NCBI GenBank assembly: GCA_964401305.1
Contig: CAYNYQ010000001.1
Location: forward strand, 98 to 64,097
Direction: 5' to 3'
DNA: 64,000 bases
DNA from: an uncultured Acetobacteraceae bacterium
GTDB taxonomy: Bacteria; Pseudomonadota; Alphaproteobacteria; Acetobacterales; Acetobacteraceae
In this document: one piece after another, positions 25,552 through 33,541 of the stretch
Layout of the letters: each line of letters begins with the position of its first letter
Position numbering within the stretch: the first letter of the stretch is position 1
Program-made: the position numbers and the translations under genes
The notes under the pieces: model-generated
Database searches by the model: none
What the model was told of the DNA's origin: nothing
What the model saw: the letters and a program-made list of their open reading frames with translations, nothing else

Positions 25552-25923
25552 TCAGTTCATGACGGAGCGGATGTGGGAGGGCAGCCGGGCGCGCATGACG
25601 CGCTCGCTCGGGGAGGCGCGGCGGGACGGTGCCGAGACGGCCACCGTGACGCGCTGCGCCTTCAGCGGCTTGGCCTTCTTCGGCAGCTTGAAGCGCGTCG
25701 TCATCGGCGGGTTGAGGCTGTTCGCCATGGCCCGGCACAGAACGGACGCGCCGAACAGGACGGCGAACATGGTCCATGCCTCGTCCGTCGGCAGCATGTG
25801 CTCCTCGGTGTAGAGCGCGACGCCGATGACGATGAACGGCCACATCAGCTTCGAGCCGAACACGCGGCACAGGAAGTAGAGCTGGTAGCGGAAGCTGTAG
25901 CGGGGGAAGAGGAAGCCGAGCAT
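25552..25923 (-). CDS. polytopic small membrane protein
   Basis: 123 aa. Hydrophobic segments LMWPFIVIGVALY and AWTMFAVLFGASVLCRAMA, with a basic C-tail. Starts 3 nt after the ATPase stop. Confidence 0.6.
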   Translation of the reverse strand: MLGFLFPRYSFRYQLYFLCRVFGSKLMWPFIVIGVALYTEEHMLPTDEAWTMFAVLFGASVLCRAMANSLNPPMTTRFKLPKKAKPLKAQRVTVAVSAPSRRASPSERVMRARLPSHIRSVMN

Positions 25924-25926
25924 GGG

Positions 25927-27420
25927 TCAGATGCTCCCCTGCCGAAACTGCGCGGGCATCCACGCCGCCTTCGAGGAGCGCCATGTCTGGCCGCCCTTGA
26001 ACAGCACGGCGTCCACGATGCCCCGGTTGGCACGTCCGCCGTTCCTGAGCGTGGTGAAGTGCGCGGGCAGGACGGGATACTCAATCACCTGCTGCGACGA
26101 GCGGCTGCTTCCGAGATTCCAGTTCTCGCTGCGGCCACGTCCGCCGCCACCGCCCGTTGCGCCCCAGCTATGGTTGCGGTTGTCGCCTTCCCCCTGCCCC
26201 TCGTTCTCGCTGTAGGATTCACGCCACTCTTCGCGCTTGGCGATAGTATCGGCCGCCCACTGGTTCGTATCGACGCAAGAGTTGGCGTGGAAGATTTTTG
26301 TCTGAAAGTTGCCCAGTAGCGCCTTGGCAGTATTCAGCGGGTTGCGGCCGCCCATCTGCTCGGCAACTCCCAAAATATTCTGGGTGAGCCAGACCGTCGC
26401 AGCCCGCGCGCCGCGTGCGGTACTTTGGAATTCCGCGTCGTAGGGCGAGGCGAAGAGATGCCCTTCGTCGGCCCACAGGAACACGGGGCGGCCCCGGCTG
26501 CCGCGCCGCTCGGTGGCGCGCTGCCACAGGTACTTGAAGATGTGCTGCGCGAGATGGCCCGCCTCGTTCCAGACCTTCAGCGGGAAATCGAGGACGATGA
26601 TCGCCCCCTCGTGCGTCATCTCCGGCACGATGGTGAGGTCGGTGCCGAACAGCTCGTGCATCGGCCCGGATAGCAGCGGGGAGAGATCGGCGGACAGCGT
26701 GGCGACCAGGTTGCCCGTGGTGCGCGGATCGGGATTGGGCAGCCGCTTGGTCAGGTAGTCCCGTGCCTGCTCGAAGTCGTGCTGCTTCATGGGATGGACG
26801 GGACCGGCTTTGCACTTCATCAGCGTGGCGTTCATGAAACCGTTCAGGTACGCCATGCCGCTCAGGTCATCCGGCTTCGGCGGGCGCGACTGGATCAGCT
26901 TCAGGAGGTCGGGCAGCGTGATGTCCCCGTAAGCGCACCACAGCACTGCCGAGCCGTGCGCGAGGAACTCGCGCGAGGACTTACCCCAGAAGGGATTGTC
27001 GCCGCCGCCGACGGGCGAGCCGACTTCCCCGGACGCGGTGCGAAGGACATGGGTCAGCACGGCCACGGTGTTGGTGACGGGGTCGGTGTCCGACGCGGCA
27101 GCCATGGCGTAGCGGAGGAAGTTGAAGCGGTAGCGGCCGGAGCCGTCGAAGCGCATCAGGGAGCGCTGGCGACCGGCGAGGCGGCACAGCGCCTCCCAGC
27201 GGTCGGCCTCGTCTGGCTTGGCGCACAGGACGATGCCGCCCCAGCCCGCGCGGGCGAGGGCAAGGGCGATGGCATACCCGCTGGCGCTGGTCTTGCCGGA
27301 GCCGGGGGCCCCGATGATCGCGGTGCCCTCATAGGCATCGCGGACGCGCCACACGTCGCGGCCAAAGCGGAGCAGGGGGGCTTCATGGTGGGAGAGGCAG
27401 GCGCTTGGCCAGAGTCGCAT
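25927..27420 (-). CDS. TraG/VirD4/TraD-like (T4CP-like) P-loop NTPase lacking TM helices
   Basis: Walker A GAPGSGKTS, Walker B RPVFLWADEGHLF, and ARGARAATVWLTQN..GVAEQMGG in the coupling-protein style. The N-terminus is not hydrophobic. Confidence 0.7.
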   Translation of the reverse strand: MRLWPSACLSHHEAPLLRFGRDVWRVRDAYEGTAIIGAPGSGKTSASGYAIALALARAGWGGIVLCAKPDEADRWEALCRLAGRQRSLMRFDGSGRYRFNFLRYAMAAASDTDPVTNTVAVLTHVLRTASGEVGSPVGGGDNPFWGKSSREFLAHGSAVLWCAYGDITLPDLLKLIQSRPPKPDDLSGMAYLNGFMNATLMKCKAGPVHPMKQHDFEQARDYLTKRLPNPDPRTTGNLVATLSADLSPLLSGPMHELFGTDLTIVPEMTHEGAIIVLDFPLKVWNEAGHLAQHIFKYLWQRATERRGSRGRPVFLWADEGHLFASPYDAEFQSTARGARAATVWLTQNILGVAEQMGGRNPLNTAKALLGNFQTKIFHANSCVDTNQWAADTIAKREEWRESYSENEGQGEGDNRNHSWGATGGGGGRGRSENWNLGSSRSSQQVIEYPVLPAHFTTLRNGGRANRGIVDAVLFKGGQTWRSSKAAWMPAQFRQGSI

Positions 27421-27424
27421 CGTT

Positions 27425-27447
27425 GCCGTCCTTCTGTTGAGGACGGC
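27425..27447 (-). promoter_or_regulatory. leader hairpin overlapping the Shine-Dalgarno of the ATPase gene
   Basis: 8-bp stem GCCGTCCT/AGGACGGC with a 7-nt loop. On the mRNA, AAGGAC lies in the 3' arm a few nt before the ATG. Confidence 0.4.
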
Positions 27448-27543
27448 GGGCCGGTCGCGGTTATGATGGTGTCAGGACGATCGTCGCCTGGTCAATGGAA
27501 TTCTGCTAAAGGCACGCTCCTTATCAGGAGGCCCGATATCATC

Positions 27544-27996
27544 ATGGCCGGAAAGAAGGATGGCGGGGCGGCTGAAGAGGTCGACACGGCCGCGGCACTG
27601 AGACAGTTGCAGGCGCTTCAGAAGGCTCACCTGACTGCAGGCATAGCGTCCCAGCCCGGCATTGGGTTGGGGATAGGGCTGCTCGCTAAAGCGATGGTGG
27701 CGCTGCTGGGAGGCGGCGTGGGCATAGTTGAGGCAAAGCCGCGCGGCAGGCCAGTCAGCGAGAAGACCGCGTTGGATTTTCAACATGCTCCCGAGGGGAA
27801 GAAGACCTTTGCAGCCAATCTCAAGCGGGAACGACTGCGTGCTGGTTTGGGGCAGGCGGAGTTGGCGGAGCGGGCGGGTCTGAGTCAGTCGCACGTGAGT
27901 CAGCTGGAAAACGCGAAGTGGGGGCCGAGGCTGGACACCGTACAGGCCCTTGCACGCGCCCTCGGGTGCCAAGCTCACGATTTGTTGAAAATGTAG
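27544..27996 (+). CDS. XRE-family HTH regulator with hydrophobic N-terminal segment
   Basis: ATG at 27544. The C-terminal LKRERLRAGLGQAELAERAGLSQSHVSQLENAKWGP is an XRE HTH. The N-terminal part has GIGLGIGLLAKAMVALLGGGVGIV. Divergent from 25927..27420. Confidence 0.7.
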   Translation: MAGKKDGGAAEEVDTAAALRQLQALQKAHLTAGIASQPGIGLGIGLLAKAMVALLGGGVGIVEAKPRGRPVSEKTALDFQHAPEGKKTFAANLKRERLRAGLGQAELAERAGLSQSHVSQLENAKWGPRLDTVQALARALGCQAHDLLKM

Positions 27997-28144
27997 AGGG
28001 TCTTTGCGACGCCGTAGCAGGCTGATTCCACGAGCAAACCTGCATTCTGATAATACGATTATCTTTATTGGAGTCCCGCATATCGGTTGCCATACTCGGC
28101 TTGCGGTGGGCCGGTCGCACACCCACAGCCAAGGAGCCACAACG

Positions 28145-28393
28145 ATGGCAAACCGGTTCACCAGCGCGCTCGGCGCGATCTGGGACGGCATTTACGGGCC
28201 GCGCGGCGCGGCCGAGGACATCCGCCACAAGATGGAAGAGGCGGTGTACGGGCGCACCATCACCCCGTGGTCGCATGACCCCAGCGCACGCGCGGGCAAG
28301 GACATCCACGGCAACGGGCCGGAGCTGGATGACCAGTGGAACCGGATGGATCCGGCCACGCCCGACGATCTCAACGACAGCTTCGAGCGGTAG
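28145..28393 (+). CDS. hypothetical protein
   Basis: ATG at 28145 preceded by AAGGAG. 82 aa. Confidence 0.5.
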   Translation: MANRFTSALGAIWDGIYGPRGAAEDIRHKMEEAVYGRTITPWSHDPSARAGKDIHGNGPELDDQWNRMDPATPDDLNDSFER

Positions 28394-28402
28394 GAGGCGG
28401 CC

Positions 28403-28813
28403 ATGATGTTTGGGCTTCTTGCGATCCCATTCGCGGGTGGTGGCTTTGTGCTGTTCGGCATCCCCGGTGCACTGGTAGGAGGCGTGATAGCGCTCGCGCT
28501 GTCGCGTTTGCCGCAGGACGAGAAGCAGACGGCAGGGCCGGAAGGACCCGCGGCCAGCCTGACTGATCGGGTGCTGGCGACGCAGGTGGTGCCGACAGGC
28601 GTCACGGCGAGCGGCACGCAGCGATTCCGCATCGAAAGTCGGGCGGAGCAGATCAGGCTGGCCTTCCTTTGCGTCCGCATGACCGTGTGGGTGGTCGTGC
28701 TGGTCGGGGGGCTGCTGTTCCATGACAGCATCCTCGCGTGGCTCGGCTCGCAGATGGGCCGCAATGCCGCGCCGTTGGCAGGCGGGTTCCTGAGCGGGAT
28801 GTTCGGCCGATGA
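28403..28813 (+). CDS. multi-pass membrane protein
   Basis: 136 aa with a TAGGAGG RBS and at least three hydrophobic segments. Confidence 0.6.
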   Translation: MMFGLLAIPFAGGGFVLFGIPGALVGGVIALALSRLPQDEKQTAGPEGPAASLTDRVLATQVVPTGVTASGTQRFRIESRAEQIRLAFLCVRMTVWVVVLVGGLLFHDSILAWLGSQMGRNAAPLAGGFLSGMFGR

Positions 28814-29094
28814 GCGAGGCTTGGCGCGAGCACCTGAAACGGTGGGCCACGCATTTGCACGAAACGGCGTGGACCCACACGGCGTACGGAAGCCCGACGC
28901 TCCTCGACGAAGCGCCGCAGAAAATCGCGGTGGTCGAGGCCATGGCGCAGTGCGCCACGGAAAAGGAAGCGGAGGAGGTGGCCCGGAAGTTCCTCCCGGA
29001 GGAATACCATGACGTAGCATGGGCGATCATGGAGGGGACGATGAAAGTCCCTGAGCCTGAGCAGGAGAGAGGCGGGCCGGGATTCGACCCGTGA
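28810..29094 (+). CDS. hypothetical protein
   Basis: The ATG at 28810 overlaps the upstream stop (ATGA). 94 aa. Confidence 0.55.
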   Translation: MSEAWREHLKRWATHLHETAWTHTAYGSPTLLDEAPQKIAVVEAMAQCATEKEAEEVARKFLPEEYHDVAWAIMEGTMKVPEPEQERGGPGFDP

Positions 29095-29106
29095 AGGGGG
29101 AGGGGG

Positions 29107-29631
29107 CTAGGGCTTGGCCTGTTCGTACAGGTCAGCCTCGGCCTCACGGCGGCGGATGAGGCCGCGCAGCACCTTGCCGCCTGCGCGGTTCCACCGCTTC
29201 ATCTCGGCAGGCACGTCGTCATGGCGGCCTGCGTTGATGCGCTTCAGCATGGTGGACTGCTTCAGAGCGCCGGGGCCTAGATTGAACGTCCACGAGGACA
29301 CGCTGTCATGCTGGAGTGGCCAGAGCGGCACGGTGACAGCGCGGTTCACATAGGCGGAGTGCTTCGCCACGTCCTCGCGCAGTAAGTCCTCAGCGGCCTT
29401 GCCGACAAGCGGAATGGGGTAGTCCCGGCCCTTCTGCATCAGGTGGCCGGTGCCGATCGTGAGATGGCCTGCCGCGTCCCGGTACGGATAGGGGCTGTAT
29501 CCCTCGAATTCGCGGATGAGCGCGATGCCCGCCGGGGTGACGTGGCAGTTGCGCAGGCACTGCTTCACTGGCGCATCGGCAGGAAGCGGCGCGGCGGCGA
29601 TGAAGAGGCTGGCAAGCCATGCCTTAATCAC
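29107..29631 (-). CDS. GH24 (T4-type) lysozyme endolysin with N-terminal signal/SAR-like segment
   Basis: LIREFEGYSPYPYRDAAGHLTIGTGH carries the E-x8-D-x5-T catalytic triad. The hydrophobic N-terminus is MIKAWLASLFIAAAPLPA. Confidence 0.85.
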   Translation of the reverse strand: MIKAWLASLFIAAAPLPADAPVKQCLRNCHVTPAGIALIREFEGYSPYPYRDAAGHLTIGTGHLMQKGRDYPIPLVGKAAEDLLREDVAKHSAYVNRAVTVPLWPLQHDSVSSWTFNLGPGALKQSTMLKRINAGRHDDVPAEMKRWNRAGGKVLRGLIRRREAEADLYEQAKP

Positions 29632-29857
29632 GGCTGGCCTCCTTGCGAACCGCTTCCACCTCCAGCGCGTAGCCGGTGGCTCCTACCCAGTCTTTCACGA
29701 CACAGGATGGCAGGCGCTTGGCCGCGTGTTCCTGCCGCATCCACGTCTGGGTGCAGGTGCTGAGGTGATACGGCTCGGGCAGTGCCGGAATGACCGGGGC
29801 AGGGCAGGAGGCGCTGCACCCGGCAAGGAGGAGAAGGCTAAAAACGGGGAACCGCAT
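29624..29857 (-). CDS. o-spanin (outer-membrane lipoprotein)
   Basis: ATG at 29857. MRFPVFSLLLLAGC lipobox, 77 aa. The start overlaps the 3' end of the i-spanin gene. Confidence 0.65.
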   Translation of the reverse strand: MRFPVFSLLLLAGCSASCPAPVIPALPEPYHLSTCTQTWMRQEHAAKRLPSCVVKDWVGATGYALEVEAVRKEASRD

Positions 29858-30095
29858 AGGTATCAAGCCACTGTAAGAGTTTCTCTTGATCGTCGGATTG
29901 CGGCACGGTGCGGCGCACCTTGGCGCGGGCCTTCTGCGCCTTCTGCTCAACCTTCACCGATTCTACGAACTGGCGGTTGACGCAGGCGGAGGAGCCGTCC
30001 GCACGGCCCTTCACGTACGCGCCGGTCAGCAGCGCCATGAACAGCGCGGCCCCCAGCAAGGCCCGCCCCAGCGGGTTAGCGAGCAGGGCGGGCAT
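29838..30095 (-). CDS. i-spanin candidate
   Basis: 85 aa, with N-terminal TM ALLGAALFMALLTGAYV and a charged periplasmic part. Overlapped architecture with the o-spanin. Confidence 0.6.
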   Translation of the reverse strand: MPALLANPLGRALLGAALFMALLTGAYVKGRADGSSACVNRQFVESVKVEQKAQKARAKVRRTVPQSDDQEKLLQWLDTYAVPRF

Positions 30096-30483
30096 GACGC
30101 TTCTTTTGGGGGGCGCTCCGGGTCACAGCCATGATGGGCTGCATCTCGGCCTTCGCGTCGGCAACGGCGATCTCACGCTTCGCCTGACGCTTCACCGGGT
30201 CGGTGAAGAAGTCGATCAGCGGCGTGGTGGCGCGGTCAATGGCGACAGCGAGGATGACCCAGCCGAACATCTCCGGGCGGAAGGTGATGCCAGCTTCGGT
30301 GGCGTAGGGCTCCATCTGCCACAGCGCATAGCCGTAGAGCGGGATGCGGTAGGTGGCGATCAGCGTCTCGAGGTTGAGGAAGCGGCGGGCCTGATGGGCG
30401 AGGAAGTCGCGCAGCAGGTCACGGGCGGCAACGAGAAGGGCGCGGAACCGGGCCTTCAGTGCATCGCGGGTTTCATCGGTCAT
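30076..30483 (-). CDS. membrane protein in lysis cassette (holin/antiholin candidate)
   Basis: ATG at 30483, one TM (MFGWVILAVAI). The call rests on position upstream of the spanins. Confidence 0.4.
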   Translation of the reverse strand: MTDETRDALKARFRALLVAARDLLRDFLAHQARRFLNLETLIATYRIPLYGYALWQMEPYATEAGITFRPEMFGWVILAVAIDRATTPLIDFFTDPVKRQAKREIAVADAKAEMQPIMAVTRSAPQKKRHARPAR

Positions 30484-30775
30484 ACGTCTCCTTGGGTTCG
30501 GATTTCGGCTGGTAGTCGAGGCGGGTCTCGATGCGCACAAGGCGCTCAATGATGCGGTTCAGGCGATCAGCAATGACGCTATCGCCGCTCCGGCGGTCGT
30601 TCTCAAACTGCTCGATTTTCTCGATGCGCCCTTCGTGATCTTCAAGGCGGCTATCCGCCTTGGCCACCCACCACACGATGCCGCCGGTTTGCAGGAGCAG
30701 GGAGACGATGAGGGCGAGGGGGATCTCTTTGCTGACGTGCCAGCGGCGGCGTTCGGTGTCCGGCTTCTCCGTCAT
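30473..30775 (-). CDS. single-pass membrane protein (holin candidate)
   Basis: 100 aa, TM IPLALIVSLLLQTGGIVWWVA followed by a coiled coil. First gene of the lysis block. Confidence 0.45.
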   Translation of the reverse strand: MTEKPDTERRRWHVSKEIPLALIVSLLLQTGGIVWWVAKADSRLEDHEGRIEKIEQFENDRRSGDSVIADRLNRIIERLVRIETRLDYQPKSEPKETYDR

Positions 30776-31287
30776 ACAGGCTCCATGTCGTTGTGCAGTT
30801 CTCCCTTGGCCACCGGGACAGCGGACATGACGCCGCTGTCGCTGACCGTCACCCGGAAGCGCTTACCGCTTTCGGATTCTAGGTAGAGGGCGGTGTCCAC
30901 CATGCGGACGCTTGTGTCCTGCACGCTGATCATGTTGCGGCTCTTGTCCTTGCGATCCCAGAACTCGGCGTCCCAGAAGCCGACCTTGCCCTTCGCGCCG
31001 TCGGTGCCCCGGTACATGCTGAAGTGGTTGTCGCGGTACTTCTTGCCGCCGATCACCTTGCACTCGTGAGCCACGAGGCCGAACATGAACGCCCCGGCGC
31101 GGGTGACCCAGCGGATGAAGCCGTAGCTGGTGTCCTTCTCGGGAATGATGGTGATCGCTTCCTGATCCTCGCGGGCGAGGACGGTGACGCGCTCGACGAC
31201 CAGCTCCTTGATGTAGGTGCGTCCGTCAAAGGTGTGCTTCACGCCGGAGAGGCGTTCGGTCCACAGGTCTCGTTGTGTCTCGGTCAT
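30772..31287 (-). CDS. hypothetical protein downstream of tail fibre
   Basis: 171 aa with an ATGA overlap to the next gene. Confidence 0.55.
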   Translation of the reverse strand: MTETQRDLWTERLSGVKHTFDGRTYIKELVVERVTVLAREDQEAITIIPEKDTSYGFIRWVTRAGAFMFGLVAHECKVIGGKKYRDNHFSMYRGTDGAKGKVGFWDAEFWDRKDKSRNMISVQDTSVRMVDTALYLESESGKRFRVTVSDSGVMSAVPVAKGELHNDMEPV

Positions 31288-31298
31288 GGCGGGCCTCC

Positions 31299-33161
31299 TC
31301 AGCGGAATTCGACGTGGCAGCTGTCGAAGATCGGGTCGGCCACGCCGTCGCCGGTGACGATCATCGCAAGGAAGACGTCACGCAGCGCGGCGGAGCGCAG
31401 GTCGATCCAGCCGGAATCCTTGAAGCCCGTCGTGTCGATCGGCACCGATACCTCCGTCACGCCTATGTCGGCATAGTCGGTGACGGTCTGGCTGTAGGGC
31501 GTGGCGTACCGCAGGATGGCCTTCGCGCCCGTCGCCCCGATGGTGGAAACGTAGAGCAGGATGCGGGCCTGCGTGCAGGCGGAAAGGTCGGCCTCGGTGA
31601 CGTGCCTCCATGTGCCGCCCATGGCGGTACCTGCCAGCGCCGCGTTGGTCGTCGTGACACCGGCGTTGGCGGCGGCGTGCAGCGTGACCCGGTAGATCGG
31701 ACGATAGTTCGTCGTGATGTCCAGCGATGCGGCGAAGGGGAGGGGGTGCAGCACTGGCTCCATGATATCGACGGTGCGCGTCCCGGCGACGGTCTCGTCC
31801 ACCTCGACGCGCACGCGCCAGATGATTCCGCTCGTGCCATCGGTGAACAGGTCAGGGGTGCGCAGGATGAGCCGGAGGTCGCCGTTCGGCAGGAGATCCT
31901 TGACCACCGTGCCCACATTGACGCTGTCGTTCTCGTAGCTGTAGCGCGTCGAGAACATTCGCTGCGACGTGGCGGTGCCCGTTGTGTCCTGCTGCTCCAG
32001 ATAGACCGAGCGGAGCACGCCGAGCGTGCCTGCCGGGATGACCACCTCGGCTTCGGCCCGGTACCAGGTGAAGGCGGAGACGCCGGACGTGAGCGTGGAC
32101 GGCGAGGTCAGGAACTGGACGTTGCCGTTGTCGGCCCCGCCGCCCGGGCTGGTGATGGCGAGGCGTACCGCGTTGACCGTGTCGCCGTTGAAGTTGGTCC
32201 GCGAGACCACGCTCGCCGCGACGGTGAGGGTGCCGGAGCGGGTAACCTGAAAGCCGGACGGAACCGAACCCGTGACGCCTGTGCCAGCTGTGCCACCCGT
32301 CCCGGTGGCGAAGTCGGCATTGCTGAGCAGGTTGCCGTACGGGGCGGTGGTGACGTTGTAGGCCTCGGGAATGTCCCGGCGCAGCTTGTCGTAGGTGGCG
32401 CTGGCCTTCCATGCAGGCAGGTAGCCAAGCCGGGCCACGGTCTCGCCCCCTCGGCTGTTCCAGTGCAGGCCGTCATCGGACAGCGTCAGCTGAAGATCGC
32501 CGTTTACATCGGCCACGATCAGGTCGAGGTCGATCAGGATGACGCCCGGGGTACGGGCTGCAAAGTCGCGGGTGCGGCGGTTCACCTCGGTCGCCACGGC
32601 CCGCTGGGGCGCGGTGAACTGCTTGCCGTCGCTGTTATGGCGCGGCGGGATTGTCTCGATCCACACCGATGCGCCCTGATCGACGGCGAGCTTCGCCATC
32701 ATGTGCTTGTTGCGGGCGATCTCGTTCGCGGTGCGGCCTTCCGTGACGTCGTTGGTGCCGCCGCCAAGGACGACCAGGCTCGGGTTCTTCGAAAGCACGT
32801 CGCGGCGGAAGCGGGCGAGCATCTGGCGGGTGTAGGTCGAGCCGATGCCGACGTTGTGCCCGGCAGGAGGCGTGTTCGTCGCGGCCGATATCGTGTTGCC
32901 GTAATACTGGATGACGTGGGCGTAGGGCCACCCCGCCATCGCCTGAAACCAGTTGAACGCGCCGCGCTGGTGGAAGTAGATGTTGTTGCCCGTGGCATTG
33001 ATGCCGTAGCCGTTGCCCATGAGCGAATCGCCCATGAGGATGGCGACGCCACCGCGCGATGCGGCGGTCAGCCCCGCCGGTCCTTGCGGCCCTGTCGCGC
33101 CGGTCGGCCCCTGCGGCCCTTGCGTGCCTACCAGCACAACACTTACAGCATCATCGGTCAT
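31299..33161 (-). CDS. tail fibre/spike with collagen-like repeat and SGNH/GDSL hydrolase domain
   Basis: N-terminal GTQGPQGPTGATGPQGPAG (Gly-X-Y repeats), then ILMGDSLMGNG (block I GDS), VVLGGGTNDV (block III) and DDGLHW (block V). Confidence 0.8.
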   Translation of the reverse strand: MTDDAVSVVLVGTQGPQGPTGATGPQGPAGLTAASRGGVAILMGDSLMGNGYGINATGNNIYFHQRGAFNWFQAMAGWPYAHVIQYYGNTISAATNTPPAGHNVGIGSTYTRQMLARFRRDVLSKNPSLVVLGGGTNDVTEGRTANEIARNKHMMAKLAVDQGASVWIETIPPRHNSDGKQFTAPQRAVATEVNRRTRDFAARTPGVILIDLDLIVADVNGDLQLTLSDDGLHWNSRGGETVARLGYLPAWKASATYDKLRRDIPEAYNVTTAPYGNLLSNADFATGTGGTAGTGVTGSVPSGFQVTRSGTLTVAASVVSRTNFNGDTVNAVRLAITSPGGGADNGNVQFLTSPSTLTSGVSAFTWYRAEAEVVIPAGTLGVLRSVYLEQQDTTGTATSQRMFSTRYSYENDSVNVGTVVKDLLPNGDLRLILRTPDLFTDGTSGIIWRVRVEVDETVAGTRTVDIMEPVLHPLPFAASLDITTNYRPIYRVTLHAAANAGVTTTNAALAGTAMGGTWRHVTEADLSACTQARILLYVSTIGATGAKAILRYATPYSQTVTDYADIGVTEVSVPIDTTGFKDSGWIDLRSAALRDVFLAMIVTGDGVADPIFDSCHVEFR

Positions 33162-33517
33162 TTCGTGACTTCCTTATCGAGGGTTAGCTTTCCTTTCACC
33201 ACGCGGTCCACGGTGCCGCCCGGGCTGACGATCTCGATGTCATAGACACCGACGTCGAAGGCGAGCGCGGCGGTATCGGCCGCGGTCATGTTGAGGATGA
33301 GGGTGCCGTTGCTCGGGGTCGGCACCGTGATCTTCCCGTTCGTTGTGGAGAGGTCGAACAGGGTGGATGCCGACGTGAAGTCGAGGCGTCCCTGCGCGCG
33401 CACGCTGAAACCGGTGAGGTTGATCGGGTCACGGTTGGCGTCGAGGAGCTGGTAGCTCTGCCTCAGCGTCGCGCCCTGATAAATGGTGAGCGGTATGTTC
33501 GCGGGTGTCTGGGTCAT
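33158..33517 (-). CDS. tail-associated hypothetical protein
   Basis: 119 aa of beta-rich sequence. ATGA overlap with the fibre gene. Confidence 0.55.
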   Translation of the reverse strand: MTQTPANIPLTIYQGATLRQSYQLLDANRDPINLTGFSVRAQGRLDFTSASTLFDLSTTNGKITVPTPSNGTLILNMTAADTAALAFDVGVYDIEIVSPGGTVDRVVKGKLTLDKEVTK

Positions 33518-33541
33518 ACGTCTCCTGAGCGGGGGAGGGGG

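Noticed and set aside
25541-25984. Upstream in-frame extensions of several genes: 25046..25984, 35448..37064, 51111..51731, 51728..52738, 15499..16521, 6686..7303 and 3122..4384.
   Set aside because: The extensions overlap neighbouring genes or spacers. Internal ATGs with good Shine-Dalgarno sequences give proteins that begin at family-typical N-termini or signal peptides.
26779-27543. The N-terminal 255 codons of the 405-aa plus-strand ORF 26779..27996.
   Set aside because: This part is antisense to the T4CP-like ATPase gene and low-complexity. Only the 3' 150 codons, from the ATG at 27544, form a credible XRE gene.
31275-33245. Very long ORFs antisense to strong genes. Examples are 31275..33245 (+, 656 aa), 36305..38242 (+, 645 aa), 62095..63279 (-, 394 aa), 17746..18696 (-), 27821..29020 (-), 46003..47019 (+) and 49780..50874 (+).
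   Set aside because: They are Arg/Gly/Ala/Pro-rich, low-complexity translations of the opposite strand of genes with clear motifs. This is the usual stop-codon-poor artefact of high-GC DNA.
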